NCBI GenBank assembly: GCA_964489425.1
Contig: CAZAYP010000006.1
Span: 47,802-111,801 of the forward strand
Length of the DNA: 64,000 nt
Direction: 5' to 3'
Source: an uncultured Verrucomicrobiota bacterium
GTDB taxonomy: Bacteria > Verrucomicrobiota > Kiritimatiellia > RZYC01 > CAZAYP01
The notes under the pieces were generated by a model. That model was not told where the DNA came from. It did not search any database and worked only from the letters and a program-made list of their open reading frames with translations. The translations under genes were made by a program, and so were the position numbers. Positions 8,701-17,055 of this stretch are shown one piece after another (position 1 is the stretch's first letter; the number at the start of each line of letters is the position of its first letter).

Positions 8701-11523
8701 GACATGACCCCGCTGTACGCCCTCGTGGATGCCGCCAACCTGTCCGGCACCGACCTGGTGCGCGAGATGCAGCACCACGCCGACCTGGAGCAGTGGCTGG
8801 GCGTGGTGATGTTCCGCCACCTGGTGGGCGACTGGGACAGCTTCGGCTACAACCGCGGCAAGAACATGCTGGCGTACCTGCCGCCCGGCGGCCGCTGGAA
8901 CCTGTTGAACTGGGACGTGGACTTCTGTCTCGGCGCCGACATGGGCGGGAGCGAGTGGGACGACCCGTTTATCGTGGACTCCGCGCGCATGCCGCGCATG
9001 GCCGCGATCCTGGCGGCCGGCCCGTTCCGCCGCCAGGCATGGCAATGGCTGGACCGCGCCGTGACCGGCCCGTTCCGGGGCGCGGCCATCAACGCGGAAC
9101 TGGACGCCGTCTACGCGGGCCTGACCGCCAACGGCCTCGCCGTGGCCTCGCCGCTGAACATAAAAACGTGGATCGAAAACCGCTATAACTACCTGCTCGG
9201 GCGCCTGAGCGACGTGAAAGACTTCGAGCTCGGGATCCGCGAATCCGATTTCTCCACCGGCCTGAACTGGACCCCGCTGTCCGGCTGGGCGCCCATCCAG
9301 TGCGCGGTGATCAAGATCAACGGCAAGCCCGCGGACATGACCTGGACCGGCGACTGCGACTGGGAAACCCGCGTCTGGCTGACCAACGGGCTCAATATCG
9401 TCACCGTCCAGGGCTGCGATTCCAACGGCGCGGCGCGCGCGGGCCAGGCCGACAGCATCAACATCACCTGCACCGCGCTGGGCGCGGACCCGCGGAGCCG
9501 GCTGGTGATCAACGAGATCATGTACCACCCGCCGACCAACCGGGCCGAGTTCGTGGAACTATACAACCGCTCGTCCACTTCGGCGTTCGATCTCTACAAC
9601 TTCCGCCTGGACGGCGTGGACTGGACGTGCGACCGGGCCCAGGTGATCGCGCCGGGCGAGTTCGTGGTGGTGTGCCGCAGCCTCAACGACAGCGCGCGCG
9701 CCTACGGGCCCGGCCTCCCGCTGGCCGGGCCGTGGGCCGGCACGCTGCGCGCCGACGGCGAAACCCTCACGCTCCAGCAGCTCGACGCCACCGGCGGCGT
9801 GGCGCTGGTGGTGGACACCGTGACCTATTCCAGCAACTGGACGGCCCTGGCCAACGGGCAGGGCTGCGCGCTACAACTGATCGATGCCGCCGAGGACAAT
9901 GACCGGGTGGGCAACTGGACCGTCGACCCCGGCGCGCGCTGCACCCCGGGCCGGACCAACTCCGTGGCCAGCGATCTGCCGGCGTTCCCGCCGCTCTGGA
10001 TCAACGAGGTCCAGCCGGACAACCGCGCGACCCTCGCCGACAACCACGGGGATTTCGATCCGTGGCTCGAGATTTGCAACACCTCCAACGCGGTCCAGGA
10101 CCTGTCCGGGTACTGCCTGACCGATGACCTGGCCGTGCCCGCCAAGTGGGCGTTCCCCGCGGGCGCCGCGGTGACCAACGCCGGGTTCAAGCTGGTCTGG
10201 GCGGATAACGAGCCGGGCGAGTCCACGGCCACGGAATACCATGCCGGGTTCCGCCTCGCCACGGCCGGGGGCCAGGTGGCCCTGATCAGCACCAACGGCG
10301 GGCGCTACATCATCCTCGATCTGTTCGCGTACCCGGCCGCGGTCCCGGCCGACCAATCCTATGGCGATTTCCCGGACAGCCAGGCCCACGACCGCCGCAT
10401 TTTCCATTACCCAAGCCCCGGCGCGACCAACAACAACGCCGCTCCCACCGCCCGCATTTACCTCAACGAGTGGCTGGCTAAAAACAACACCAGCATCGTC
10501 GATCCGGCCACGGGCACGCGCGCCGACTGGTTCGAGCTGTACAACGACCAGGACTATGCCGTGGACATCACCGGCTACGCGCTCAGCGACACGCCGGCCG
10601 TGCCGTTCCAGTTTGTCATCAGCGGCAGCACGGAGCTGCAGCCGCGCGAGTTCCGCCTGGTCTGGGCCGACGACACCAGCGCCAACGCCTGGGGCACCAA
10701 CGATCTCCACGTGCCGTTCAAGCTCAGCACCTCCGGCGAAACCCTGCTGCTGTCCGCGCCCGGCGGCCAGGTCGTGGATACGGTCACGTTCGGCGCCCAG
10801 GCCGACGACGTATCCCAGGGCCGGTACCCGGACGGGGCGGGCACCCTGGTCGCGCTGGCGGCGCGCTCGCCACGCGCGAGCAACGTGACCAACCACCAAT
10901 ACACCCTGACTGCCACGGCGGGCGCCAACGGCCGCATCGCCCCCGCCGGCGTCCAGGCCGTGGCCGGTGGCGGCAGCGCGGTCTTCGTGATCACCGCGGA
11001 TCGCTACTACGTGATCCGCGATATCCAGACCAACGGCGCAAGCGTGGGCGCCCCCTTGGGCATCCCGTGCCGGACCTGCACCTGGGCTGCCGTGAGCGCC
11101 GACGGCGCCATCGCCGCCACGTTCCGCGCCGTCACCGCCACCAACGGCACGCCCCAGTGGTGGCTGGTGCAGTACGGCCTGACCAACGCCGACCTCGATG
11201 CCGACGCGCTGGACGATCCGGATCGGGACGGGTACCCGACCTGGAAGGAGCACGTCGCCGGGTCCAGCCCGGTGAATGCCGACTCCCTGTGGGCGGTGAA
11301 CGGGAGCCGCGATGCGGGCGCGGCGATGTTTTCGTTGTCCTGGCCCAGCCTGGCCGGACGCACCTACAGCCTGCACACTGCCACCAACCTGGCCGACGGG
11401 TTTGTCCGGCTCCCGGAAAATCTCCCCGCCAACCCCCCGGTGAACGTGTACTCCATGCCGGTGAGCAATTACGTGGCGCGCTACTTCCACCTCGGCGTTA
11501 CCATGGATCCGGATGAAGACTGA
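5797..11523 (+). CDS. Secreted CotH-family atypical kinase with six lamin-tail domains (LTD)
   Basis: The track ORF start at 5749 is a TTG. The first ATG at 5797 gives the signal-like N-terminus MFPAWRMFVFGAGVTAVAGWVAAAE. Six LTD units begin ISEIMYHP..EFVEIFN, VINELLTH..YAELYN, VINEIMFNP..EYIELHN, VINEIMYHP..EFVELYN, WINEVQPD..PWLEICN and YLNEWLAKN..DWFELYN. The central CotH core includes FQRERAALWVAERLGLP and GKNMLAYLPPGGRWNLLNWDVDFCLG. A DPDRDGYPTWKE motif lies near the C-terminus. Confidence 0.85.
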   Translation: MFPAWRMFVFGAGVTAVAGWVAAAEIHPGPASRSTPLTISEIMYHPTARADGRDLEFVEIFNTEPFPRSLAGYKLAGDVSFDFPTNAILGARAYLVLAAVPDDVRAVYGATNVLGAYTGRLSNSSGALRLETQAGACLLEAEFDSEDPWPAAADGGGCSLVLAEGSYGAADCRAYAPSYQRGGSPGRGEPAAVGAASVVINELLTHTDLPLVDYAELYNAATTSVDCSGMVLTDDPATNKYRIPAATVLAPGGFLVLEEATLGFGLSANGESLFLFSANTSNVLDAVKYGGQQNGTACGRYPDGAERLRPLAARTPGTTNAAFRQESVVINEIMFNPPDGDADGEYIELHNQGVADVGLGGWRLAGGVELVIPTGTVLAAGGYLVLANKAAHLIGHYAHLNAGNCIGDYSGTLSDRGEVVRLLAPDDPNLPDDLCQYEVDRVVYFDGGSGREYADGGGSSLELTDPRADNEIPINWAASDESAKGRWITNDITGVLDNGMLPPSTSINNVSLILPHGGECQVDDVAVYYQYVNRVRNPDFGTGTNYWQLLGNHERTRREADSQGSGYGLHLRASGPGDTRVNRCIGALSVSLPAGGTVRLRCRARWLAGSPELVMWLRGGYLDAHVTLPVPDNLGTPGQANSRRVVNPGPAIYDVRHTPGLPAAGAPVVVLARASDPDGVAAVDLRYRIDPAAGYTTVAMARDGQGRYVAQLPGQAQGARAAFYILARDAAAACATNTFPAAAPTNEAVVGFGLARTGTDIDQVAAWMTTARMAAWQGRSSLSDEPLPCTLVCGERIVYDAAIRFRGSVFVRGAYGDPATNAASYCVDLPHDNRMLDSDELTLDWQEPSRDNTFQRERAALWVAERLGLPAFHKRYVTVDLNGIRRATVYSDSQEISADYIRSRYPDADAGHLHKINDWFELNDAFSPIEGDFVNRDGSLIDYTSSGAKKDAAYRWRWEKRTTTGYQADMTPLYALVDAANLSGTDLVREMQHHADLEQWLGVVMFRHLVGDWDSFGYNRGKNMLAYLPPGGRWNLLNWDVDFCLGADMGGSEWDDPFIVDSARMPRMAAILAAGPFRRQAWQWLDRAVTGPFRGAAINAELDAVYAGLTANGLAVASPLNIKTWIENRYNYLLGRLSDVKDFELGIRESDFSTGLNWTPLSGWAPIQCAVIKINGKPADMTWTGDCDWETRVWLTNGLNIVTVQGCDSNGAARAGQADSINITCTALGADPRSRLVINEIMYHPPTNRAEFVELYNRSSTSAFDLYNFRLDGVDWTCDRAQVIAPGEFVVVCRSLNDSARAYGPGLPLAGPWAGTLRADGETLTLQQLDATGGVALVVDTVTYSSNWTALANGQGCALQLIDAAEDNDRVGNWTVDPGARCTPGRTNSVASDLPAFPPLWINEVQPDNRATLADNHGDFDPWLEICNTSNAVQDLSGYCLTDDLAVPAKWAFPAGAAVTNAGFKLVWADNEPGESTATEYHAGFRLATAGGQVALISTNGGRYIILDLFAYPAAVPADQSYGDFPDSQAHDRRIFHYPSPGATNNNAAPTARIYLNEWLAKNNTSIVDPATGTRADWFELYNDQDYAVDITGYALSDTPAVPFQFVISGSTELQPREFRLVWADDTSANAWGTNDLHVPFKLSTSGETLLLSAPGGQVVDTVTFGAQADDVSQGRYPDGAGTLVALAARSPRASNVTNHQYTLTATAGANGRIAPAGVQAVAGGGSAVFVITADRYYVIRDIQTNGASVGAPLGIPCRTCTWAAVSADGAIAATFRAVTATNGTPQWWLVQYGLTNADLDADALDDPDRDGYPTWKEHVAGSSPVNADSLWAVNGSRDAGAAMFSLSWPSLAGRTYSLHTATNLADGFVRLPENLPANPPVNVYSMPVSNYVARYFHLGVTMDPDED

Positions 11524-12238
11524 ACGGTGCCTCCCGGCCGTCTGGACCGCGGTTCTGGCCGCGGCGCTGCCGCTGGCCGCCGCCGCCGGGGGCGACCTGC
11601 TCGCCTACTGGGATTTCGGCGCCACGGCCGCCAAGTACACGGAAACCTGCACGGTCCAGCGCGTGACGTTCGCCGCGCTGGCGCTGACCGCTAACGCCGG
11701 CAGCTTCAAGGACCCCAACGGCAAGAACGGCGTGGCCTACACCGACCCCGACGGCGTCACCCACGCCGGCGGCCAGGCCGCCGCCCTGGACGAAGCCATC
11801 GAGAATGCCGGCACGCTCGACGTGCGCCTGGACGGCCGCGGGCGGCAGCTGTCCGAGGTGCGCTGGGACGCGTTCACCGACGACGCCGGCGACGCGCGCG
11901 GGCCCAAGACCTACGACCTGTCCTACAGCGTGGATGGCGGCGTGCACTGGATCCCCCTGGCCCGCGATGCGCCCTTCGTGCGCGACGGCAGCAAAACCAA
12001 TTATTACCCTTACTCCTACAGCCTGACCAACCACGCTGCCTTGCGCAACGCCGCCGAGGTCCGCCTGCTGATCCACAACCTCGCCGGCGGCACGGCCGGC
12101 GCCTGCGGGTTCGACAACGTCATGGTCGCCGGCTGGCCCGAAAATCCCGATGACCTGCTGCTGTTCCTGCCCGCCATCCTGGCCCGGCCGGCCACCAACG
12201 CCGCGGGCACGCGAGCCGGACATGGACGCGGCCTTTGA
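11513..12238 (+). CDS. Hypothetical secreted protein (signal peptide, probably a beta-sandwich)
   Basis: The N-terminus MKTERCLPAVWTAVLAAALPLAAAAGG is signal-peptide-like. The ATG overlaps the CotH stop (11521-11523) and the stop (12236-12238) overlaps the VTC start. The tail ..PENPDDLLLFLPAILARP.. is hydrophobic. I recognise no family. Codon usage matches the neighbouring genes. Confidence 0.6.
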   Translation: MKTERCLPAVWTAVLAAALPLAAAAGGDLLAYWDFGATAAKYTETCTVQRVTFAALALTANAGSFKDPNGKNGVAYTDPDGVTHAGGQAAALDEAIENAGTLDVRLDGRGRQLSEVRWDAFTDDAGDARGPKTYDLSYSVDGGVHWIPLARDAPFVRDGSKTNYYPYSYSLTNHAALRNAAEVRLLIHNLAGGTAGACGFDNVMVAGWPENPDDLLLFLPAILARPATNAAGTRAGHGRGL

Positions 12239-13019
12239 GATCATGATGGAGCGGCTGGAGGCCAAGTACCTGGTCTCGCCCCAGCAGGTGCCCGCGATCC
12301 GCGAATACATCAAGCCGTTCTGCGAGCAGGACAAGAACAGCCGGCGGTCGCTGGACGGGTACGTGATCACCACGCTGCAGCTCGATACGCCCAACTTCGC
12401 GCTCCACATGGCCAAGCCCGATAACGCGCTCACCCGTTTCAAACTGCGGGTGCGCACGTACGGTCTGGATGGCAAAGCCCCGGTGTTCCTGGAAGTGAAG
12501 CGCAAGTTCCGCGGCTCGGTGATCAAAACCCGGGCCGCCGTGCCTCCGGACCGTTGGGGCCCGGACCTGCTGCGGCAGACCGCCACGGACCTGACCTTCC
12601 GCTCGACCACGGAAACGGCTGCGTTCTGCGAGTTCCTGCGCCTGGCGCGGGAGACCGGCGCCCGGCCCGCCGTGCGCATCCGCTACCACCGCGAATCTTT
12701 TTTTGGCCTGGCCGACCGCTACTCGCGGCTGACCCTCGACTCCCGCCTGCGGTTCCAGCGTGCCGACGACTGGTCCGTGCTGGGCGGCAGCGCCTGGCAC
12801 GCCCTGGACTCCAACGCCAGCCAGGGCAAGGGGCACGCCTACTCGGGCGTGGTCCTGGAACTCAAGGCGCTGGTGGAGCCGCCGCAGTGGATGATGGGGC
12901 TGGTGGAATTCTTCGAGCTTGAACGCGTCGGCCACTGCAAGTATTCAATGGCCGTGCAACAGGAGGCTTGGGACCTGGGCGTGATCGAAGATCGCAAGGA
13001 CTGGGTATGGGGCCTCTAG
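12222..13019 (+). CDS. VTC-domain protein (triphosphate-tunnel / polyphosphate-polymerase-like domain)
   Basis: The N-terminus MDAAFEIMMERLEAKYLVSPQQ has the E-x-K-Y start typical of bacterial VTC/TTM proteins. RFKLRVRTY...VFLEVKRK basic strands follow. The track start at 12150 is further upstream, but the ATG at 12222 fits the domain start. Confidence 0.8.
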   Translation: MDAAFEIMMERLEAKYLVSPQQVPAIREYIKPFCEQDKNSRRSLDGYVITTLQLDTPNFALHMAKPDNALTRFKLRVRTYGLDGKAPVFLEVKRKFRGSVIKTRAAVPPDRWGPDLLRQTATDLTFRSTTETAAFCEFLRLARETGARPAVRIRYHRESFFGLADRYSRLTLDSRLRFQRADDWSVLGGSAWHALDSNASQGKGHAYSGVVLELKALVEPPQWMMGLVEFFELERVGHCKYSMAVQQEAWDLGVIEDRKDWVWGL

Positions 13020-13049
13020 CCGGGCGGCAACGACACAAGGCGGAGCATC

Positions 13050-13730
13050 ATGGATTTCGCAACTGTTTTTGAATCAGCGCGCATCATGGGGGTGGTGGAC
13101 ATCCTCTGCGCCATGCTCGCGGCGTTCGTCCTGTGCATGGGGCACGCGGCCGTGTACCGCTGGACGTTCCAGGGGTTCACCTACTCCCGGGCCTACGTGC
13201 ACGCCATGATCCTCGGCGGCATGGTCACCGCCATGCTGATCATGGCCATCGGCAACAACCTCGCCCGCGGGCTGGGCATCCTGGGCACCCTGGCGGTGAT
13301 CCGTTTCCGCACGCCGATCCGCGACCCGCGCGACATGATCTTCCTGTTCGGGTGCCTGGCCACCGGCATTGCCTGCGGCGCCACGGTGTACGCGGTGGCG
13401 GCCATCGGCTCGGTGTGCGTGGACGCGGCCGCCCTGTTCCTGCACTTTTCGCCCTTCGCCTCGCGCCGCAACTACGAGGGCCTGCTGCGCTTCGTGGCCG
13501 CGCCGCACGACACGAACCCCGCCGCCGCGGAGGAACTCATGGCGCGCTACTGCCGCAGCTACACCCTGGTGGCCATGCGCGAGTCCGCCCAGGGCGAGGC
13601 CAACGAGTACGCCTACCACGTGCGTCTGGTGGATCCGGCGTACCGCCAGGACCTGCTGGAAGGCGTCCGCAAGCTGCCGGGCATCACCGACTCCGCCCTG
13701 CTCATGCACCGCACCACCGTGGAGCTCTGA
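13050..13730 (+). CDS. DUF4956-family membrane protein
   Basis: The N-terminal half is hydrophobic with 3-4 probable TM helices (VVDILCAMLAAFVLCMGHAAV, AMILGGMVTAMLIMAI, MIFLFGCLATGIACGATVYAVAAIGSV). It contains the conserved-looking GILGTLAVIRFRTPIRDPRDM and a soluble C-terminal domain. It lies next to a VTC-domain gene, as is usual for this family (from memory). Confidence 0.8.
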   Translation: MDFATVFESARIMGVVDILCAMLAAFVLCMGHAAVYRWTFQGFTYSRAYVHAMILGGMVTAMLIMAIGNNLARGLGILGTLAVIRFRTPIRDPRDMIFLFGCLATGIACGATVYAVAAIGSVCVDAAALFLHFSPFASRRNYEGLLRFVAAPHDTNPAAAEELMARYCRSYTLVAMRESAQGEANEYAYHVRLVDPAYRQDLLEGVRKLPGITDSALLMHRTTVEL

Positions 13731-14911
13731 TGCGCCTGACCCCGCCCGCGCCGCATCCCCACCACCACCTGCCGTGGCGCCTGCGCCTCCGCTCGGGCTG
13801 GCCGCTGCTGGTCTGGCTGGCGGCGGCGATCGCCGTGTACGTTCTGGTCTGGCGCGACCGCGACTGGCTGCTGGGCGTGGAAATCCACGGCATCGTCGGC
13901 CGCGAGACGATCATCGTGGCGCCCGAGGAAACCGCCCGCATCCAGCGCATCCTGGTGGCCGCCGGCCAGCACGTCACCAACAACCAGCCGCTGGTCGAGC
14001 TGGACACCGCGTCCATCGAGTACCAGCTCGCCGACAGCCTGCTGGCCGCCCAGCGCACGGCCCAGACCATCCAGGACCGCCGCCTGGGCCTGCAGGAAAA
14101 CCTGGCCCGGCGCAACGAATACGTGGCCGATCTCGAGGCCCGCCTGGGCGAGGCCCGCCTGGAGCAGGCCGCCGCCCAGGCGGAGCTGGAGCGCCTGCAG
14201 ATCGAGCGCCAGGAGCGGCAAAAACAGTTTGCCCAGGGCCTGCTGGACGCGCTGGGCCGCGATGAACCGCTCGCGCGGCTGTCCGAGCTGGAGCAGGCCG
14301 GGGCGGCGCGCCAGGACCTGATCCGGCTCTACGCGGCGCAACTGGAAACCGCCCGGCGCCAGGCCGCCGCCACCGCCGCCACCCTCGAGCGCAGCCGGCA
14401 ACAGGACCAGGACCCGGCCGCGATCGACGCCATGCTCCAGGACATTGCCCGCGAAACCCAACGCTACCGCGACAGCTACACCTTGCGCTCGCCGTGCAAC
14501 GGGATCGTGTCCGAGGTGCGCAGCGAGCCGGGCGAGGTCGTGGACCGCACCCGCACGGTGATGCGCATCGTGCCGGAATCGTTCAGCACCATCGTGGCGC
14601 TCATCCCCGAAAGCCGCAGCACGCTCTTTGCGGTGGGCGACCGGGTGTACGTCAGCGCGATCAACTGCCGCGAGCCGGGCCGGGTGGGCCTGACGGCCAC
14701 CATCGATTCGCTGGCGCCCGAGGTGCGGGTCGAGGCGGCCATGCTCAACCTGGCGGGCCGCCAGGTCCCCATGCGCACGCGGCGCGCCATGCTGCGGATC
14801 GACGATCCGGCCGCCAGCCACCTCATCGCCGGCGAAGTGGTCGAGGTGTCGCGCAAGGCCACGCGGCCATCCCTGGCCGGCTGGCTGCGCGGGGACCAGG
14901 ACCGGCCATGA
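13730..14911 (+). CDS. HlyD-family periplasmic adaptor (membrane fusion protein)
   Basis: The ATG at 13730 overlaps the DUF4956 TGA. There is one N-terminal TM helix (WPLLVWLAAAIAVYVLVW). A lipoyl-like hairpin (IVAPEETARIQRILVAAGQHVTNNQPLVELD ... LRSPCNGIVSEVRSEPGEVV) flanks a long coiled coil (LEARLGEARLEQAAAQAELERLQIERQERQ). Confidence 0.8.
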   Translation: MRLTPPAPHPHHHLPWRLRLRSGWPLLVWLAAAIAVYVLVWRDRDWLLGVEIHGIVGRETIIVAPEETARIQRILVAAGQHVTNNQPLVELDTASIEYQLADSLLAAQRTAQTIQDRRLGLQENLARRNEYVADLEARLGEARLEQAAAQAELERLQIERQERQKQFAQGLLDALGRDEPLARLSELEQAGAARQDLIRLYAAQLETARRQAAATAATLERSRQQDQDPAAIDAMLQDIARETQRYRDSYTLRSPCNGIVSEVRSEPGEVVDRTRTVMRIVPESFSTIVALIPESRSTLFAVGDRVYVSAINCREPGRVGLTATIDSLAPEVRVEAAMLNLAGRQVPMRTRRAMLRIDDPAASHLIAGEVVEVSRKATRPSLAGWLRGDQDRP

Positions 14912-16611
14912 GCGGCCGCGCCGCCCGCGCAGTCCGTACGGCCGTGCTCCTGGCCGGGCTGGCGGGCCTGGCCGGCGCCTGCGCCCGCGGCCCGCGCACG
15001 TTCCCGGCGCCGCCGGACGTGGTCGTGACCCCGGCCGAGATCGCGGCCGCCGTGGACGAAGAAACCTGCGCCACCCCGCGCGCGGCGATCAATGCCGCCC
15101 TGCTCCAGAACCCCCGCATCCGCGCCCGCGCGCGGGATGTGCGCCAGGCCGCGGCGCGCGCCGGCATGGCCGGCGATATCCGCGCCCCGGAGATCCAGAT
15201 CGGGCTGCGCGGCGCCGATGCCGACGGCGAGGCCCGCGGCCGGGAATCCGCCACGCGCACCGGGCGCGCCCGTGAGCTCGGCGTCCAGACCGAGGAAGAC
15301 ATCTATCCCGACTACCGCGAGTACCGCGGCACCCGGCACAGCGTGCGCCAGTCCCAGTCGACCCAGCAGAGCACCCGATCAGAGTACGGATGGGAACACC
15401 TCGACGACCGCGGCTGGGAGATCGGCCTGCGCCTGTTCCCGCCCAACCCCTGGGAATACCGGGCCGAGGTCTCGGAGGCCGCGGCGCGGCTGCACGTGGC
15501 CGAGGCGCGGCTGCGCGAGGAGCAACTGGACCTGGCGCGCGACGCCGCCCTGGCCGCGTCCGACCTGGCCCACGCCCGCGCCGAACTCGAGGCGCTGCGC
15601 CGCCTGGAACGGCTGTGTGTTGACCAGGCCCGGCGCGCCGCCGCCATGCCCATGGCCGACCGGGCGGCCATGCTGCGGCGCGAGCTGGACGTGCAGTCGC
15701 GCATCGCCCGGGTCGAACGGCGCATCTGCCAGGTCACCGCCGAGCTGGAGCTGCTCGGCGGCCGGCGCGTGGACCCGGACGCGTTCCGCCCCGACTGGAA
15801 CTGGTTGCCCGCGACCAACACGGACGCCGTGGCGCTGCGCCCGCTGCTGGCCGAAGCCGCCACGCGCCGGCCCGATGTGGCCCTGGCGTTCTGGCAGGCG
15901 CGCGAGCTGCAGGCCGAAATGCGCCTGGCCCAATCCGCATCCATCCCCTGGCTGCGGCAGGTTGAAGTCGCTTACGGCACGGAGCGGCGGGAATCGCGCG
16001 GCGGCGGCACGGCCAACCAGTCCGCGTACGAAACCACCACGGACGCCGGCGGGGCCTACACCGATTATGCCGACGGCCACCGCCGCATTGACCGCGAAAC
16101 CGCCAGCCAGCGGTCCTGGTCGCAGGAGTCCGAATCCGGCACCTACGACGGCACGCGGGACACGGACGAGTGGCTGGTCCAGGCCGCGGTCAGCCTCCCG
16201 GTGTTCAACTGGCTGGCGGACGATTACTCCACCGCCCGCCACGCCGTGGGCGAGGCCTGGAAAGACGTGGACGACAGCCTGGCCGCGGCGCGGCGCGACC
16301 TGCTGGCCCACGTGCGCGCCCTGCGCCAGGCCGACACCGCTTGCCGCACCACCGAGGCGCGCCTCATGCCGCCGGCACGTCGGCTGTCGGAGCAGCTCAA
16401 CGCCCTGCAGAAAAACGGCCTGCTCTCGCCCGCGGAGAGCATCCAGCTCTCCGGCCAGGTGCTGGATATCGCGCTGGACTGCCTCGCCGCGCGGCGCGCG
16501 CTGCTGGACGCGCGCATCCGGCTGTGGATTGCCTGCGGCGCGCCGCTGGCCGCAGACCTGGCCGGCGCCGGCGATGGAGCGCCCGCCGCCGCGCCGGTGG
16601 CGCCACCGTAG
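14908..16611 (+). CDS. TolC-like outer-membrane efflux channel (OMF family), divergent
   Basis: The start is an ATGA overlap with the adaptor stop. The signal peptide ends ..LLAGLAGLAGACA (possible lipobox). Two helical repeats resemble TolC coiled coils (NPRIRARARDVRQAAAR...; RRPDVALAFWQARELQAEMRLAQ...; LSPAESIQLSGQVLDIALDCLAARRALLDARIRLW). Two unusually polar inserts are present. Confidence 0.7.
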   Translation: MSGRAARAVRTAVLLAGLAGLAGACARGPRTFPAPPDVVVTPAEIAAAVDEETCATPRAAINAALLQNPRIRARARDVRQAAARAGMAGDIRAPEIQIGLRGADADGEARGRESATRTGRARELGVQTEEDIYPDYREYRGTRHSVRQSQSTQQSTRSEYGWEHLDDRGWEIGLRLFPPNPWEYRAEVSEAAARLHVAEARLREEQLDLARDAALAASDLAHARAELEALRRLERLCVDQARRAAAMPMADRAAMLRRELDVQSRIARVERRICQVTAELELLGGRRVDPDAFRPDWNWLPATNTDAVALRPLLAEAATRRPDVALAFWQARELQAEMRLAQSASIPWLRQVEVAYGTERRESRGGGTANQSAYETTTDAGGAYTDYADGHRRIDRETASQRSWSQESESGTYDGTRDTDEWLVQAAVSLPVFNWLADDYSTARHAVGEAWKDVDDSLAAARRDLLAHVRALRQADTACRTTEARLMPPARRLSEQLNALQKNGLLSPAESIQLSGQVLDIALDCLAARRALLDARIRLWIACGAPLAADLAGAGDGAPAAAPVAPP

Positions 16612-17055
16612 CGCGGCACCCGTTCCCCGTCATCCGTAGTTGTAGCCACGTCGCTGTGCCGACGTGTCTGGCAGCTGGAACGCTATCGGGAGTTGCAGAA
16701 TGATGGTCCATTATCGGCGCTGACAGAGCGGTGCCTCCATCGGCGCGGTCACTATTCATCTGGTGGATGGCGGCGCTCCGTCGACGCCGTCTGCCGGATA
16801 TTTCGGATCATTATTTTGCAAAACCATATATATTCTCGCGCCAAGCCGCCAAGAAGGCGGTGGGAGTATGGGGCGACTGGCAAGATGTTTATCTTTGCCG
16901 ATCAGCGTCATGTGCGATCCTTGTGCCACCCCGGAACCCGAATCATGTGATGAAACTGCCTTGTTATCCCGGGAAATCCTATGCACCCTGCTGGTGGGCA
17001 GGTATAAACAGGATGGTTGCCGGGTTGGATTGCGATCGAGAGGAACGGGTGGAAT

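Noticed and set aside
5710-11490. Minus-strand ORFs of 1272 aa (5710-9528) and 539 aa (9871-11490) opposite the CotH gene
   Set aside because: The composition is Arg/Ala/Gly/Val-rich antisense type with no motifs. The plus strand carries unmistakable LTD and CotH signatures.
13730-16611. Classical type I secretion system for the neighbouring giant proteins
   Set aside because: No ABC transporter gene is present. The giant proteins have N-terminal Sec-type signal peptides and lack C-terminal RTX/GGxGxD secretion signals. The adaptor/TolC pair is instead translationally coupled to DUF4956.
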